From Sphagnum compactum (lineage: Eukaryota): a stretch of 64,000 nt of DNA. The DNA lies in assembly GCA_965153455.1 (NCBI GenBank), contig OZ234493.1:9104213-9168212 (forward strand), written 5' to 3'. A program made the translations under genes and the position numbers. This document shows, one piece after another, positions 50,216-62,621 of this stretch. Every line of letters starts with the position of its first letter. The stretch's first letter is position 1. The notes beneath the pieces were generated by a model, which was not told the DNA's origin, ran no database searches, and saw nothing but the letters and a program-made list of their open reading frames with translations.

Positions 50216-52058
50216 GTTTTATGGAAGCTATAATATATATTTTGGGAGTGTGCAAAGCTTGATCACATTTTTTTGTCATGGGCCAATCAAAGACACCCAT
50301 CACAACTTTTTCTTTTGGGTGGGTCTCCATAACTAATTAATATGAATCACACTAAACATTACCATATGAGCGACTTCTCATTGGTTGCATGGAAATTCTA
50401 TTCTTAAAATTGGCTGCCACTATATTTGGCCTGGACTAATAGCCTTTCCTAGAACACCCTACCTACCTATTGAGTTCCCACTAATCAATCACATTACCAA
50501 AAAAACAAAAAGGTTCCAATTACTTGGGACCTTTTTTCTGGTGGAACTTTTCTTGATTCACTCTGTATGTTTGTGTGTCTGTGTCTGCTTTTCTCTTTTC
50601 CATAAATCTGAACATGGAAAAGTTTCCCCATCATCTACAGCAGCCCATAATACAGCCCAACATGGACCAGAGATCCCCCCTCTAAAAGAATAATGCAGTC
50701 TTTCTGTAAAGCTCCACATATACAGACTTCCTTTAGATGCAACCCTGCAAATGTAATTTTCTTAATATTGTTTTGTTTTCCATTTTCACCTTAAATAGCA
50801 AATGAAGGCAACAATTTGTCATCAGATCTTTTAAAAAGTAATTGTATGGAAGGACAAATACCCAACTCTTTTTGAGATGGTAGGCAAATAAGAAAATCTA
50901 ATTCCAGGCTAATTACCAAACTTTAGTTTTCTCCTAAATTTAGGCTTAGGCTAGACACTAGGATTTTATTCAAAAGTCCCTTTTTTTTCTTTTTCCACCT
51001 TAAACAACAAATAAAATTATGAATGGTAGTCAACTATTGTGGTCTCATATACGGAAGATACACATACTTATATGTAATGACCTGCCTGAAATGATATGTA
51101 AAGCACTGCCAGAAATTTCACCTAGTCTTTGGAGAGCACCTTCATCAAAATGTAACATCCCCTTGGTTCCATTGGAGGGATCTTCTGTTTTTAAGGAGGA
51201 ACATTTTGTTCTGAAATGTTTGCCAGCACAAATCGAGCAGGGGGAGGTAGGTAGTTGCTTTACACTCGAGTAACGCCCTCTCTCAGATGGACGACATAAC
51301 CAGAATGCCAGCACCACCATGGCTGCTGCCTCAGTTTCGTACCCTTATTCTGGTAACAACCCTCGAAGCTTTTGCATTTCATATTATACCTACCACTAAT
51401 TTCAGTTTTTGATTCTTGTAAAGGACAAAAGAAATCAATAATTGTGGCATTTACATTGGTTCATGTAAGTGCTAATAATAACCAGGGCAGCCTTACATCG
51501 AGCAAAGTCCCTATCTCTTTTTCCACCTTCAACCACAACATATGAGGTCAGCTATTGTCACCATTTTGCAACAGTAAAACATGTCTTTCTGACTAATTTG
51601 TTCATTTCCACCTTACCAACAAGGAGTGTGTCACACTATGGCCTTGCCATTTACATTAAAAAGTATCTTAAGGCAAAAGAAGAATTATGGAAACTCTGAT
51701 ATTTCACCATGCAAAAATATAATCTTCAACAAATCCTCTAAAGGAAACCAAAATCCTTCAAGATATCATAACTCTATAATAACTAATCTCAAGTTTCAAC
51801 GCAAGCCAAAATATCATCTTTCAAAAATCCTCATATAAAAAATAGAGCTATTATTTATTACCTAGGGGCCTATAAAAATCCCTTAAGCTACTATACTCTA
51901 TAATGAATCTAAACACGACAATACCCTTGCCTTGGTAGGCAAGGCCAACAAATGAAGTCAACAATTGTCATGTGATATTAAAAAAAGATAGTGATACTTT
52001 ACTTCTAAGTCTTTACCATTCCACCTAAACAACAACTGAAGTCAACAATTGTGGTGTG

Positions 52059-52201
52059 CAGTGTTTTTTGGAAAAATCTCCGGTTTTTTCAACCAAAAAA
52101 TGGGATTTATTTTTTTTTCTAGTGTGAATTTGACTACTTTGCCTAATTTTTTTGGGGAATTTTTTTAAAAATTATATTTAAAAAATGAAAGAAAAACCCT
52201 G
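52059..52201. mobile_element. hAT-like MITE (143 bp)
   Basis: CAGTGTTTTT / AAAAACCCTG termini; 8-bp TSD GTGGTGTG / GTTGTGTG (7/8). Confidence 0.72.
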
Positions 52202-52375
52202 GTTGTGTGATGAAGAAAACAATTAATGTACTTACTAGCAAATTTTAGTAGTTTTTCTCCTTGTGAGAGGGTTATGTTAATGAATGGAAAGAATTATATA
52301 TGTACAAAGTTTGTCAGGAGTCAGAAATTTTGCAGAGAAATGAATTGTGATGTCTTGCCAGAAGAGTGTTGTAAT

Positions 52376-52693
52376 CAGTGATGTTTTTTTTTTTTAGGAA
52401 TTTTTGTTTGTAATAAAAATGGCTATCATCCATAGGAAGGTGGAGAAAAAGTGGTGATCGTCCTTAGGAAGATTTAGCCGAAATATTTTTAATAAATAAA
52501 GCATGAAATAAAAAGATTTAAATCATATTTCTATATTTTGGCTACCACTCTGAATTTTTTTTATAAAATTCTGAATATTTTACACTATTTGTTCCCTCAC
52601 TTCTGGCGATTGAAAGCCTCCAAACTCACTTTTTTTCGATTTTCAGTTTTTAATTTCGCTTAATGGCGAACTTTCGCCAATAAAACAAGACTG
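52376..52693. mobile_element. hAT-like MITE (GGAAGATTTAGCC family)
   Basis: CAGTGATGTTTT / AAAACAAGACTG termini; 8-bp TSD GTTGTAAT / GTTGTAGA (6/8). Confidence 0.65.
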
Positions 52694-54088
52694 GTTGTAG
52701 AAAAGCTGAACAGAGCGGTGCAAGTGACTACTGACCACCCACCCAACACTTTGATTGCTGTCAACTGAATTATGGCTGAAACTGAATTAATGGCGAACTT
52801 TATTAATGGAACTTTAATTTTATTAAGAATTAAACAAGTTTATAATGGGGGCTGGGGGGGGTAATTATTAGTCCAGGTTGAAAATAGTGACAAACCCTTT
52901 TGGAAATAAAAATTTCACGCAGCCAATGAGAAGGCTCAGACGGGGGCTTAGTTTTCTTCTTTTGGGTTTTTGGGGGGCGGGTGGGGGAGGAGGGCATTTT
53001 TTGTTTTTTTTGGGTTCCCAAGGTGTTCCCATCAGGTTCCAAAAAATTTCCCGAAATTCTCAATATGTTCCCTAAACGTTCGCAATACCAGATCATTTTT
53101 TATTCCATATTCTTTGGCCATGGTTCAACTTCCATGTACATACAATGTAGGGTAGGGGAGGGAGGGTGGAGCAAAAGGGGAGCATATTTAAGCTTCTACA
53201 AGGGGGACTCAGGAGTGGCCCAATGTTCCAAAAATATTGGTGATGGGCCAATCAAATGGCTCCTTCTGATTATTTATTCCTTTAATTGTTTGATATCGAA
53301 AATTTGGCGAAAAATTTCCCAAAAATTTAGCAAAATTAGTTGAATTTACACTACAAGAACACCAAAAAAAAAATTCCACCACAGGATCCGCCCCTTCCCC
53401 CCCCCCCCCCCCCCCCCCTTTTTCCTTCCAAAGAGACGACAAACTACATGTGAAGATTTTTTATAATGATTAATTTATTGTTCACCTATTATGGAAATAG
53501 TTGCCCCAAAAAGACACAAGGGAAAAGATGGAATCTCCTGAAAACAGGAGATAATGGGGACACCACAGGAAGGGAAAATCAACACAGAAAATATTTTTAT
53601 AAGATCTTTTTATGCGATTCCTATATTTATTTATTTATTCATGACTAAAGTACCTAGAATAGAATAAAATATCGATATATATATATATATTATCAATATA
53701 AAATATCAATATTTTATTGATAAGAACCTTAGATCTAATAATAACAAGGCTGAGTACTTAGTAGATAGTAGGTACCTAATAAAAAAGATATTAAAATGAA
53801 AGAAAACCTTATTATTATTGATATCTAATTAAGATTTTTTTGATATCTTTCTACCTATTATTTATTACCTACTCAGCCTTGAATCTTTGATTTTTATGTT
53901 ATTTTATTTTTATATGTTATTAAAGTTTTTTTTTTGGATATGTTATTTCTTTATCAGCGCTCTTTAGTCGTCGACCTAGGAACAACTCTAAAGGCCGTAA
54001 AAATAGGAACCTGATGAGAAAGAAGACAAAATAAGCATAATAACAACAAGAAGAGAGAAGGAGCCAGAAAGAGAGGGCTTGTTGCTAA

Positions 54089-54160
54089 ATGTTGTTGTTG
54101 TTGGTGGTGCTGGTGGTGATGATGATGATGATGATGATGATGTTGTTGTTGTTGTTGTTG
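54089..54160. repeat. Compound trinucleotide repeat (TGT/GGT/GAT) near the presumed 5' end of the NT-C2 gene
   Basis: Direct reading. Confidence 0.9.
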
Positions 54161-54458
54161 GGGGGCTTTTCTTCTTTGATGTTCATCTGTCTGTGACATG
54201 CGAATGCAAATCTTGTTCCAAAGGGGGTGCTTGTTTCTTGTTTTTTTTTGGTTTTTTTTTTTCTGTAGCATCAAGAGCATTGTTTGTCAAAGCTTGGGAG
54301 GCGAGAAAGAAACGGGGCGTGTTTACGTACACGGGTGTGGGTGGCCGCTAGCTATGTCGAGTCCAAAGACAGCAAGACTCCATTTCTCGGTTGGTGAGAC
54401 AAAAGCAGCTTTTGGGAATGAAGAAGATGAAGAAGGGGGGAAAGCTCATGGAAATGTC

Positions 54459-54582
54459 TAGGGTTTAGGGTTCTGGGACGCGGCAAGTAGAGTTACCTAC
54501 CTTAAGCTTGGTGGGTCCGGCGTTGTTGTGACCACCGTTTGAACGCGGGGGTTGCGAATATATATATTTTTTAGTGGGCCCA
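54459..54582 (+). promoter_or_regulatory. Telo-box (TAGGGTTTAGGGTT) plus site II-like TGGGCCCA upstream of the NT-C2 gene
   Basis: Motifs at 54459-54472 and ~54575-54582. This pairing is a known plant cis-module, but short motifs also occur by chance. Confidence 0.3.
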
Positions 54583-56087
54583 GTTTGCGAGATGGATTTT
54601 GTTTTGTGGATACGAACGCAGCTCGCGTGTGTTTAGCATGTGTGTGTGTGTTTTTGAGCGTTCGAAGTCCGGTTTGTGTGTTCAAAGTCTGGTTTGTGTG
54701 TTCATTGTGTGTGTTTCGGTTTGAATGCCGTGCTTCTTTTCGTCCTACATGGAAATCTGATTGAGAGAGGGGATATGGTTTGCCCTTCAGAACTGCCTCT
54801 ACTCTCTGAAACTTTGATTCCACAAAAACCCGTTCAGGTTATGCCATCATCTTCTTCTTCTTCTTCTTCTTGTTTTTCTTCTTCAGAAGTTCTTTGTTCA
54901 CATCTTCCACTGTTCTAGATACTATTCTAGGTAGCTCCTTGAATCTTGCATCAAATGGTTGGTTTCAAGCACAGTGATAGGTTCAGTCCTAGGAAAGTAA
55001 GTGTGTTACATACAGGGAGGAATATTAGAAATCTGACATTGGAGGAGCCTTGTGAAGAATGACATATTGCAAGGCTTTTGCCTTCTTTATGTGTGCTCGG
55101 TCATGGTGGCATTCCAGAGATCGAAACTCTAAAGGTGCATGGGGATTGTCTTAGTTCAGGCCATGGATTTTGGAGTTGACTTATGTTGGCAGAGTATTTG
55201 ATCCCTTAGCTTTGGCCCCTTCTGATATCTTCTTCCATAGCCATTTTGTGAACTGAATATTTCTTTCTGTCTGTAGTTAAGACTCCTGTACAAACAGTAC
55301 ATGCACACTTCTTGTCAACACTGAGAATTGCCATAAAGGAAGCAGCAGACTAAGTAACTGGAGGAATCTGTGACTTGTTTCAAGAGTCACTTGAAGGGTC
55401 TTTGATGCAAACAGGAGATGCAAGTAGGGTATTTTATTCCTGAGTGCTATAATTGGCATTTGATTGGTAGCTGCTCATGAAGATGCTCAAGGTTTCAACC
55501 CTCTTGCATTCTTCATCACTTGTCTAAAGTATTGGGGCAGAAAGCACCAATAGAGAGAAGTGACACTTCGGGCTTTGAGTGCTCAGGGATGTTCAAGGGA
55601 TGTGGAACCGACTCCAAGCATCTTAGACATAAGATCCTGACATGTTCCTACAGTAGTTGAGAGAAAGCCATGGGATCTTATATTGGAGAGTCCTGTAGTA
55701 AAGACATGCTGTAGTAGAGATTGCTTGCAGGAGATTTTGTAGGTCGACTTTTGACAATTTCAGCAGGCTATGAGTGGCTGTTCAGCCTTGACCTAGAGCA
55801 GGTAGCAAGTACTGTTTCTGCAACCAAGCAACTTGTTCCAGTCAATTGCAGTTGGAATCTCAAAGGGGACACCAAAGTCTGACCTCCCCAAAGGCTATGA
55901 GTGGCACTTGTGATTTGGGAACACGCAATCTTCTACTGTTTCTGTTTCTGTTAAAATGGGAGGGGCCATAGTCTGCTGCACGGCATATGTCAGTTAAAGA
56001 ATTGATTCAGCACCTCACCTGCTGTTTCAGTTGGGGAATACTCACTGGAGGAGGTTGCAAGTGGCTACAGAAAGACTCAGACCAACC

Positions 56088-56408
56088 ATGGTGATGAAGT
56101 GGCCACTTCGGCCATTGTTTTCAAAGAAGTTTCAAGTCAATCTTGCCTTGAATAGGCTTGATGGGTTGTCCATGCCACAGGGTGGTGAGCTTGATGGGAC
56201 AAAGTTGCATGTTGATGTGAAATGGAAGGGACCAAAGGGAGCACTTGGATCCCGTTTTAGAAGCATAAAAAGGGGGAAGACAAGTGCAGCATCTGTAGGT
56301 TTGAACGGGGGAGTTACTTGGGAGGAGGAGTTTGAAAACATATGTGTCTTTACAACTGGCAAAACTGGCACGTTCCAGCCATGGCATGTCTATCTTGTCC
56401 TTTGCAAG
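56088..56408 (+). CDS. NT-C2 gene exon 1 (coding part)
   Basis: Ends AAG|GTAACT; 107 codons. Confidence 0.88.
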
Positions 56409-59400
56409 GTAACTAAATCTGTAGCCATGTCTGTCATCTATGAGGTGTTCTTTTTCCATCCCTCTGTCATTTCAAAGAGCCTGTACAATTATTCTTGATC
56501 AACTGGGTTTGCATCAGAGAGGATGATTTTATGGATTCAGCACTACAGTCATAATCAGTCAGAGGACCATGTTATATCCCATGACAGTCAAGGCTCTTGT
56601 CCACATGTCACGTCCAGTTTCTGTGTGCTTCCTATGGTTCCTTGCTTTGCTTTTTAAAAAGCAGGAAAGCTATTTTAGCTGAAGAAGTTGCAGGGAACAA
56701 GAGTCTGTTGACATCTATCCAATCAGAGCATGGCTGTTAAGCACAGAGGTGGATCACTGGAAACTGTAATTCAAATGTTTGGGAATTCTTGAAAAACCCG
56801 AGTCCTATGAGGAAATTGGCCTAACTCACTGCCTTAGTTTGGCAGGGGTTAAAAGAAAAGTTTGATTGTCTAGCTTAGCTCTCTCCTTACTGTCATCCTG
56901 CTACTCATGCATCAATGTCGTGTAGAAAAAACAGCATACTTCATGAGCGACACTCACAAGGTTATGACTGCAGACCGGTTACCTTCAAAGTATTATTTTA
57001 GAGTTTTCTCTGCAATCTCACAAATATGTCTGCTAATGATTTATGAATGTGCAAGAGACTTTTTGTATGTGCGCACTGCATTTTTGTTGTATTCAGATCT
57101 TTTTTATTTTGTGGCTTTTCTCTCCTCTTGTTGTTTAACCTTATTATCATGCCACCATTTCACTTTTTTTATTCAAGCAACTCAAATTGCAATGGGTGTT
57201 CTTGATATTTATCATGATGATACCCAGGACACTGTTTCTTTGGAGTATTTGGGACATGCAGTTTTGCATTTCACCATCCATGTGGTGTCTTCACACTCCA
57301 AGAGTTGTATTGCCTCCAAAGTTTCTGATCACTAATGGGAATGTTTTAATGAGCTTATCTCCACATTTGAGGTGTGTTGTGATGGCTGTGTTCACTGCCT
57401 CTAATCCCTTGGCCATGTTCATGGTTGTAGGCTTTGCCAGATGGTGTGAAGTCCAAGCTGTCAGTTGCAGGTACAGCAGTCCTGGATGTTGGATCTCTGG
57501 CTTCTGTTGGAGGCAGTGACAAACAGTTAGTGAGTCTACCTGTAAGGTACAACATGGGAGGCTCTGAGGTGGAAGCTACTCTTTGTGTGAGTTTTCTTCT
57601 CTGCTTTTCACTTTTTTTTATTGTTCTTTAGACACCTGGTTATCTTCATTCTTGTATTGAAAGCGCAGTCCATGTTCAATTTCTGGAATTATAAGTAGTT
57701 GTGGAAAGAAGTGACCCTAGATATTGCCCAACTCTTTAGCTGTTGATTTTGTGGAACACTTCTGACATTTTATTTGTGCTGCTCAGGTCACATTGAGTTT
57801 TGTGGAGCTCCGCACAACACATCTGGCAGGGTTGGAGAGTGTGCACAGGCTCATACCGGCAATGGCATGTGTTGGAGACCCATGGACATGGGAGAGTGAG
57901 GATCATGAAGAGAAAATTTCCCCTGTGATAGCTAAGAAAGAGAAAACCTCTAAAGAGCTCTCAAGAGAACAGGTGCTGGGTTGGAGAGGAAGGAGGAGTC
58001 CACAACTTGCCGATGGTTATGGCACAGATGATGGGAAGTTTTCTCCCAGAAGTGATGAGAGCTTGCAGGATGCGTTGGATCTGTTTGATTCAGATTTTGC
58101 TGATGACTTTGATGTGGAGGATTATGAAGATGAAGTTGAAGATGGAGACTGTGAGAGTTCCTTATGCTATGGAACATTGGTAGGGGTGAATCTTGTTGTG
58201 GAAGGAGCTCTTTCCCACCATAGAGATGCTGAGGATGGCAAGAATAAGACAGACAGGAATTTGGCAATATGCAGCCCGTCCACTGTGACGAGCCCCAGAA
58301 AAGTTACTAACTCTTCAGAAGAGGTGTCACCATCTGAATCTGGAGAGCTGGTATCACAGGGATCTTTGCTAAGCAAGTTGTCCTGGAGGAAGAGAAAGCT
58401 CAACTTCAGGTCTACCCGATCCCGTGGAGAGCCTTTGTTGAACAAAGCATATGGAGAGGAAGGTGGTGATGAAATAGATTGGGTTCGTCGTCAGTCTTCT
58501 CCATCATACCAACCAGAGCTTACGGTGTGTTTATTGCACTTCAATTATTCTTCACTTTTTATTTGACTTGGCCACTCTTCTGTCTGCCATGTGCTACTAG
58601 AAGACAGGTTTTCTCAGTTTCACATAACTGTGACTACTTGCTGAATGCTTTCATCCTTGGGAACTTTTCCAGTGCCTAGGGTTGTGATTGAGATTACAAA
58701 AATACGTTCTACAGTATATCCTGGATGATGTGCCTTCCCCTTTCCATTCATTTCCTGGGCGGAATGGCACAGGCATAGAAACTTGCTCCCTAACTGTGCA
58801 TCATTAAGGCCATATACCTGAAGACTGGTCTCAGCCCTAACCTGTTATAATTTTCTCTTTTTCACATTGGGAATTAGAACATAGTTATTCTTGCTTCTGA
58901 ATTGTCAAATTTCAGTTCGCAGGATTAGGGTGACTGGCTTGTTTAATGGGCATGTCTAAGTGGAGTAAGGAAAGACCCAGAAGTATCAGATTTATAAGCT
59001 GAAACCTCTACATGATGAATGATCCTCAGGGAATTCATTCATGTGCATGGAAAACTGTGACATGATGATTTTTCTCTGTTCTGCAGCGCCACAAAATTGA
59101 AGACACTTCTCTTGCAGTTGCTGCTGGAGCACTGGACTTCGGAGAGGAGCTCTTTGCAGTAGGATCATGGGAGCAGAAGGATTTTGTGAGTCGGGATGGA
59201 CAGACCAAGCTGTCAGCTCAAGTTTTTTTTGCCTCCTTAGACCAGCGTAGTGAAAGTGCAGCAGGTGAAAGTGCATGTACTGTACTGGTGGCAGTAATTG
59301 CAGACTGGCTTCATAAGCATCCTATGTTGATGCCAAGTAAGGCAGAATTTGATATGCTAATTCGTGAGGGTTCTGCTGAATGGAGGAACATGTGCAATGT

Positions 59401-60109
59401 TGAAGCTTACAAAGGTCAATTTCCAGACCGGCACTTTGATTTGGATACTGTCATTGAGGCAGTGGTGCGCCCTTTAAGTGTGGTGTCTGAAAAGTCCTTC
59501 ATTGGGTTTTTCCAGCCCGAAGGTGTGAGTGATTCCTGTGATTTCCTGCAAGATGCCATGTCTTTTGATAGTATCTGGGAGGAGGTGGAACGAGCTGGTC
59601 CTGCCATTTATATCGTGAGCTGGAATGACCACTTCTTTGTCCTGAAAGTTGAGGATGAAGGCTGTTACATTATTGACACATTGGGAGAAAGACTTTCTGA
59701 AGGGGGTAAGCAAGCCTACATCTTGCGGTTTGATGCAGAGACCTCATTGTGCAGATCTCCAGTCATGGATAGCTTGCCTCAGACTGAGAAGTTGGAAGCT
59801 TTGCCCCTTGATACTCTTGCTTCTGTCAAGGTCCATGCAGAAGGTGAGGAAAATACTTCAGAATGTGAACTGGTGCCCCTTGATGGATCTTCTATGGAAC
59901 TTGCACAGCCAACTGACCTAGTTTATATAGGGAAAAGTGCCTGCTGTCAGTTTGTTAAGGAGTTTTTTGCTGCACTCCCTCTTCGAGAGCTTCAGAGTGA
60001 TATTAAGAAGGGACTGCTTGGCAAGGTACCTCTGCACCAGCGCCTTCAAATTGAGTTCCACTTCACCAAACAATCCACCACTCCTTGCACAGAATTGGTT
60101 GTAGTCTAA
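56088..60109 (+). CDS. NT-C2 (EEIG1/EHBP1 N-terminal C2) domain protein with conserved plant C-terminal domain (At3g11760/At5g04860-like); join(56088..56408, 57431..57586, 57787..58524, 59087..60109), 745 aa
   Basis: ACCATGG start; all three introns are GT-AG and phase 0. N-terminus MVMKWPLRPLFSKKF..VDVKWKGPK..VTWEEEF..FQPWHV; middle LSWRKRKLNFRS..GEPLLNKAYGEEGGDEID; C-terminus FFASLDQRSESAAGESACTVLVAVIADW..SWNDHFFVLKV..YIIDTLGERLSEG..LHQRLQIEFH. Confidence 0.92.
57431..57586 (+). CDS. NT-C2 gene exon 2
   Basis: TTGTAG|GCT...TGT|GTGAGT; 52 codons, GTAVLDV strand of the C2 domain. Confidence 0.85.
57787..58524 (+). CDS. NT-C2 gene exon 3
   Basis: CTCAG|GTC...ACG|GTGTGT; 246 codons. Confidence 0.85.
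59087..60109 (+). CDS. NT-C2 gene exon 4
   Basis: TTTCTCTGTTCTGCAG|CGC; in frame with ORF 59186-60109; TAA stop. Confidence 0.9.
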   Translation, partial: RHKIEDTSLAVAAGALDFGEELFAVGSWEQKDFVSRDGQTKLSAQVFFASLDQRSESAAGESACTVLVAVIADWLHKHPMLMPSKAEFDMLIREGSAEWRNMCNVEAYKGQFPDRHFDLDTVIEAVVRPLSVVSEKSFIGFFQPEGVSDSCDFLQDAMSFDSIWEEVERAGPAIYIVSWNDHFFVLKVEDEGCYIIDTLGERLSEGGKQAYILRFDAETSLCRSPVMDSLPQTEKLEALPLDTLASVKVHAEGEENTSECELVPLDGSSMELAQPTDLVYIGKSACCQFVKEFFAALPLRELQSDIKKGLLGKVPLHQRLQIEFHFTKQSTTPCTELVVV

Positions 60110-62405
60110 TTGTTGCTTCCATTTTGACACTTTGTAGGTACAATGGCATTTTTTGGAGTGTGTTAGGTTTTTTTTCTCATAAGACTTTGGGGACCCTTGT
60201 CTTGAGGGTACTACCTAGGTTGCAATAGTTGGAGAAGAAATGGGTAGGAATTGAGATGATTGTAGTTAGTCTTGAATGCAATGCACTGCTGATGGACATA
60301 GAGTTCAACATCTGTTTTACTTCAGACAGAAGTTTTAACTAGATCAGTCATTGCTTATTACCTGAATTTCTATTACTTGGTCTGAGTCATATTTGAAACA
60401 CTTGAGCAGGCTTAGTCAAGACTTAAGACATCCCAGTTGTTCCAAACAGAGAAGAGATTTCAGGTAACTTTTTTCTCAAAATGCAACAATGGAGTGTGTT
60501 CACCAAATTTAGTAGGGGAATTTTGTAGTGTTTAGGAGTAAGGTTTGGATTGGACTTCTATCTACAGAGAAGCACAGAACTGAACATGTCCTTGGAGTTG
60601 GACATCCCGCACTGTATTTGGGATTCCCTACTCTGAGTGTAATGTTTTGGTAAAATCTTCTGCAACGAGTCAATTTCAGATGTCTTCAGTCTTGAACAGG
60701 TGTGACTGAATCAACATTACAGAAAAATGGGCCTGTGGATTTGACTGAGGGCCACCAAAATGTCCTTGATTAAACCCCTTAAAGATTGAATATGTAGATT
60801 TCTGCCACATGTAGATGGTGGTGGGGGTTTACAACAAATTTTAGGTTTGCTTTGGTAAGCTTGAACATTAACACATGAATTAATGAAGTGGTAACTTGTG
60901 TAACAGCACATGGCAGGGTGATGGAACAATGAAATGTAATGGGAATGAATAATAGATGAATTCCATGTTATGTATATGTTGCATGCATAAGGTTATGTGG
61001 CAAGTTGCAACCATGTTGGCAAGATTGTCTTGTATTGTATTGTATGCAAGACAATACATGACTTGCAAGAGGATGGAAATGTTTGTAATGATCAGTTCCC
61101 AGTCAATAAATATTAGTGCAATATACACGGATGTGTTTTCAAATTTGCAACAGGAAAATAAATAGAATTAATTAATTGACCTCTTAGCAAAAATTATAGA
61201 AACCACATAATTGGATTATTCTTTTGAACAAATGGGTCTATGTTCTTAAAATCCACACGTGGTGATTTTCTTAACAACACAATGAAGACAATACAATTGC
61301 CTATCCTTCCCCCACGGTTTGGATCTTTTTTAGAACGGTCTTCAATTGTAGTTGCATATCATCTTTTAAGCAAGGGGCCAAGATGCAATAATTAATGTGT
61401 TTTGAGAAGCTAATTTTTTTTCACTTGGATGTTTGGCATGCCTTTAATATTAAACTTCTATGTGCATACTGTACATAATGTGATTCATGTTAATTAATTG
61501 GGGGTGCAGAGCTTGCACTTTTCCAAATCTTTCTCCATCTTATCTCTTTCATTGCCCCAATGTTCAAAACATAAAACACAAGCTATAGCAAACCTAAAAT
61601 TAAAAAATTCTAATAAGTTATTTGCAAAACATGAATTCATTTATGCAAGTTCATGTAAAACATTTTATTTATGGAAGTCAAACTTCACACATGGTAAAAC
61701 ACATTGAAAACTTGGAATTTTTAGGAATTTTAGAAAACACAATTTGGAAACAAGTTTGTAAACAAAATTTTCTAACTTCCAAAAATTTATGATCATTTTT
61801 CAAAAATTATTATTATTATTATTTTCTTCTAGAAGCTTTTAAAAAATACACATGATCCCCAACGAAATCTTCTACTAGAAGCAAATAAAGAAGAAGAAAT
61901 GGCAAGGCACAAGAAAAAAATAAAATCACCCATGACTTAAAAAAAGAAAAGAAAACAATAACAACTCCCTTTACCCAAAATAACAGACTTAAAATATAAA
62001 CTGTTGAAATGCTTTGTTGATTACAAACATGAACTCATCATGCAAGTTCATGTAAAACACAACTTTTATTGAAAACAAAAATCAAATTTCACATATGACA
62101 AAATTTATTCAAAACATAAAGTTTTTCAATGGACCCCCCAAAAAAAATTCATAATTCTCATTACTGAAAATAAAATTTGTTAAAATTTTGTCATTTCCCC
62201 CTTTTTCTTCCTTTTGCCTCTTTTTTTCCTTTTTTTTCATCATAATTTCTTGGCAAAACCTTTTTATTCTTGGTTTAAGTTATTTCTAGTTGTGTTGTTT
62301 CCTTTTATAGTTATCTATTTTCACTTTTCAGTTTCATATTCAACATTTCCAAATTCACAGGTTAAATATAATCTTGAAGGTGAATGTATCACACTACCAA
62401 TCTAA

Positions 62406-62621
62406 AAGTGCATTCACACTTGATGTTAAGTCAGTGTTAAATAAAAATCTAGGTGGCATCCTAGGTGGCATGCAATGTTAAATAGGTGATAACTTAATGT
62501 TAAGTGAATGCTAGCTTACCATAAAATCTTCATGGTAATTAGTAGGCTTAAGTCCTAAATGACTACCATGATGTTAGGGGACTCAACACTAGAGTCCCTA
62601 ACACCAAGTGTGAATGCACCA
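62406..62621 (+). mobile_element. Tourist/PIF-Harbinger-like MITE
   Basis: GTGCATTCACACTTGATGTTA ... TAACACCAAGTGTGAATGCACC; TSD not clean. Confidence 0.88.

Noticed and set aside
53954-54351. Poly-Q/H and poly-D/V ORFs
   Set aside because: Translations of a compound trinucleotide repeat with no other coding signal.
56907-57335. 142-aa ORF inside the NT-C2 gene
   Set aside because: Lies within intron 1; exons 1 and 2 join in frame without it and its composition is intron-like.
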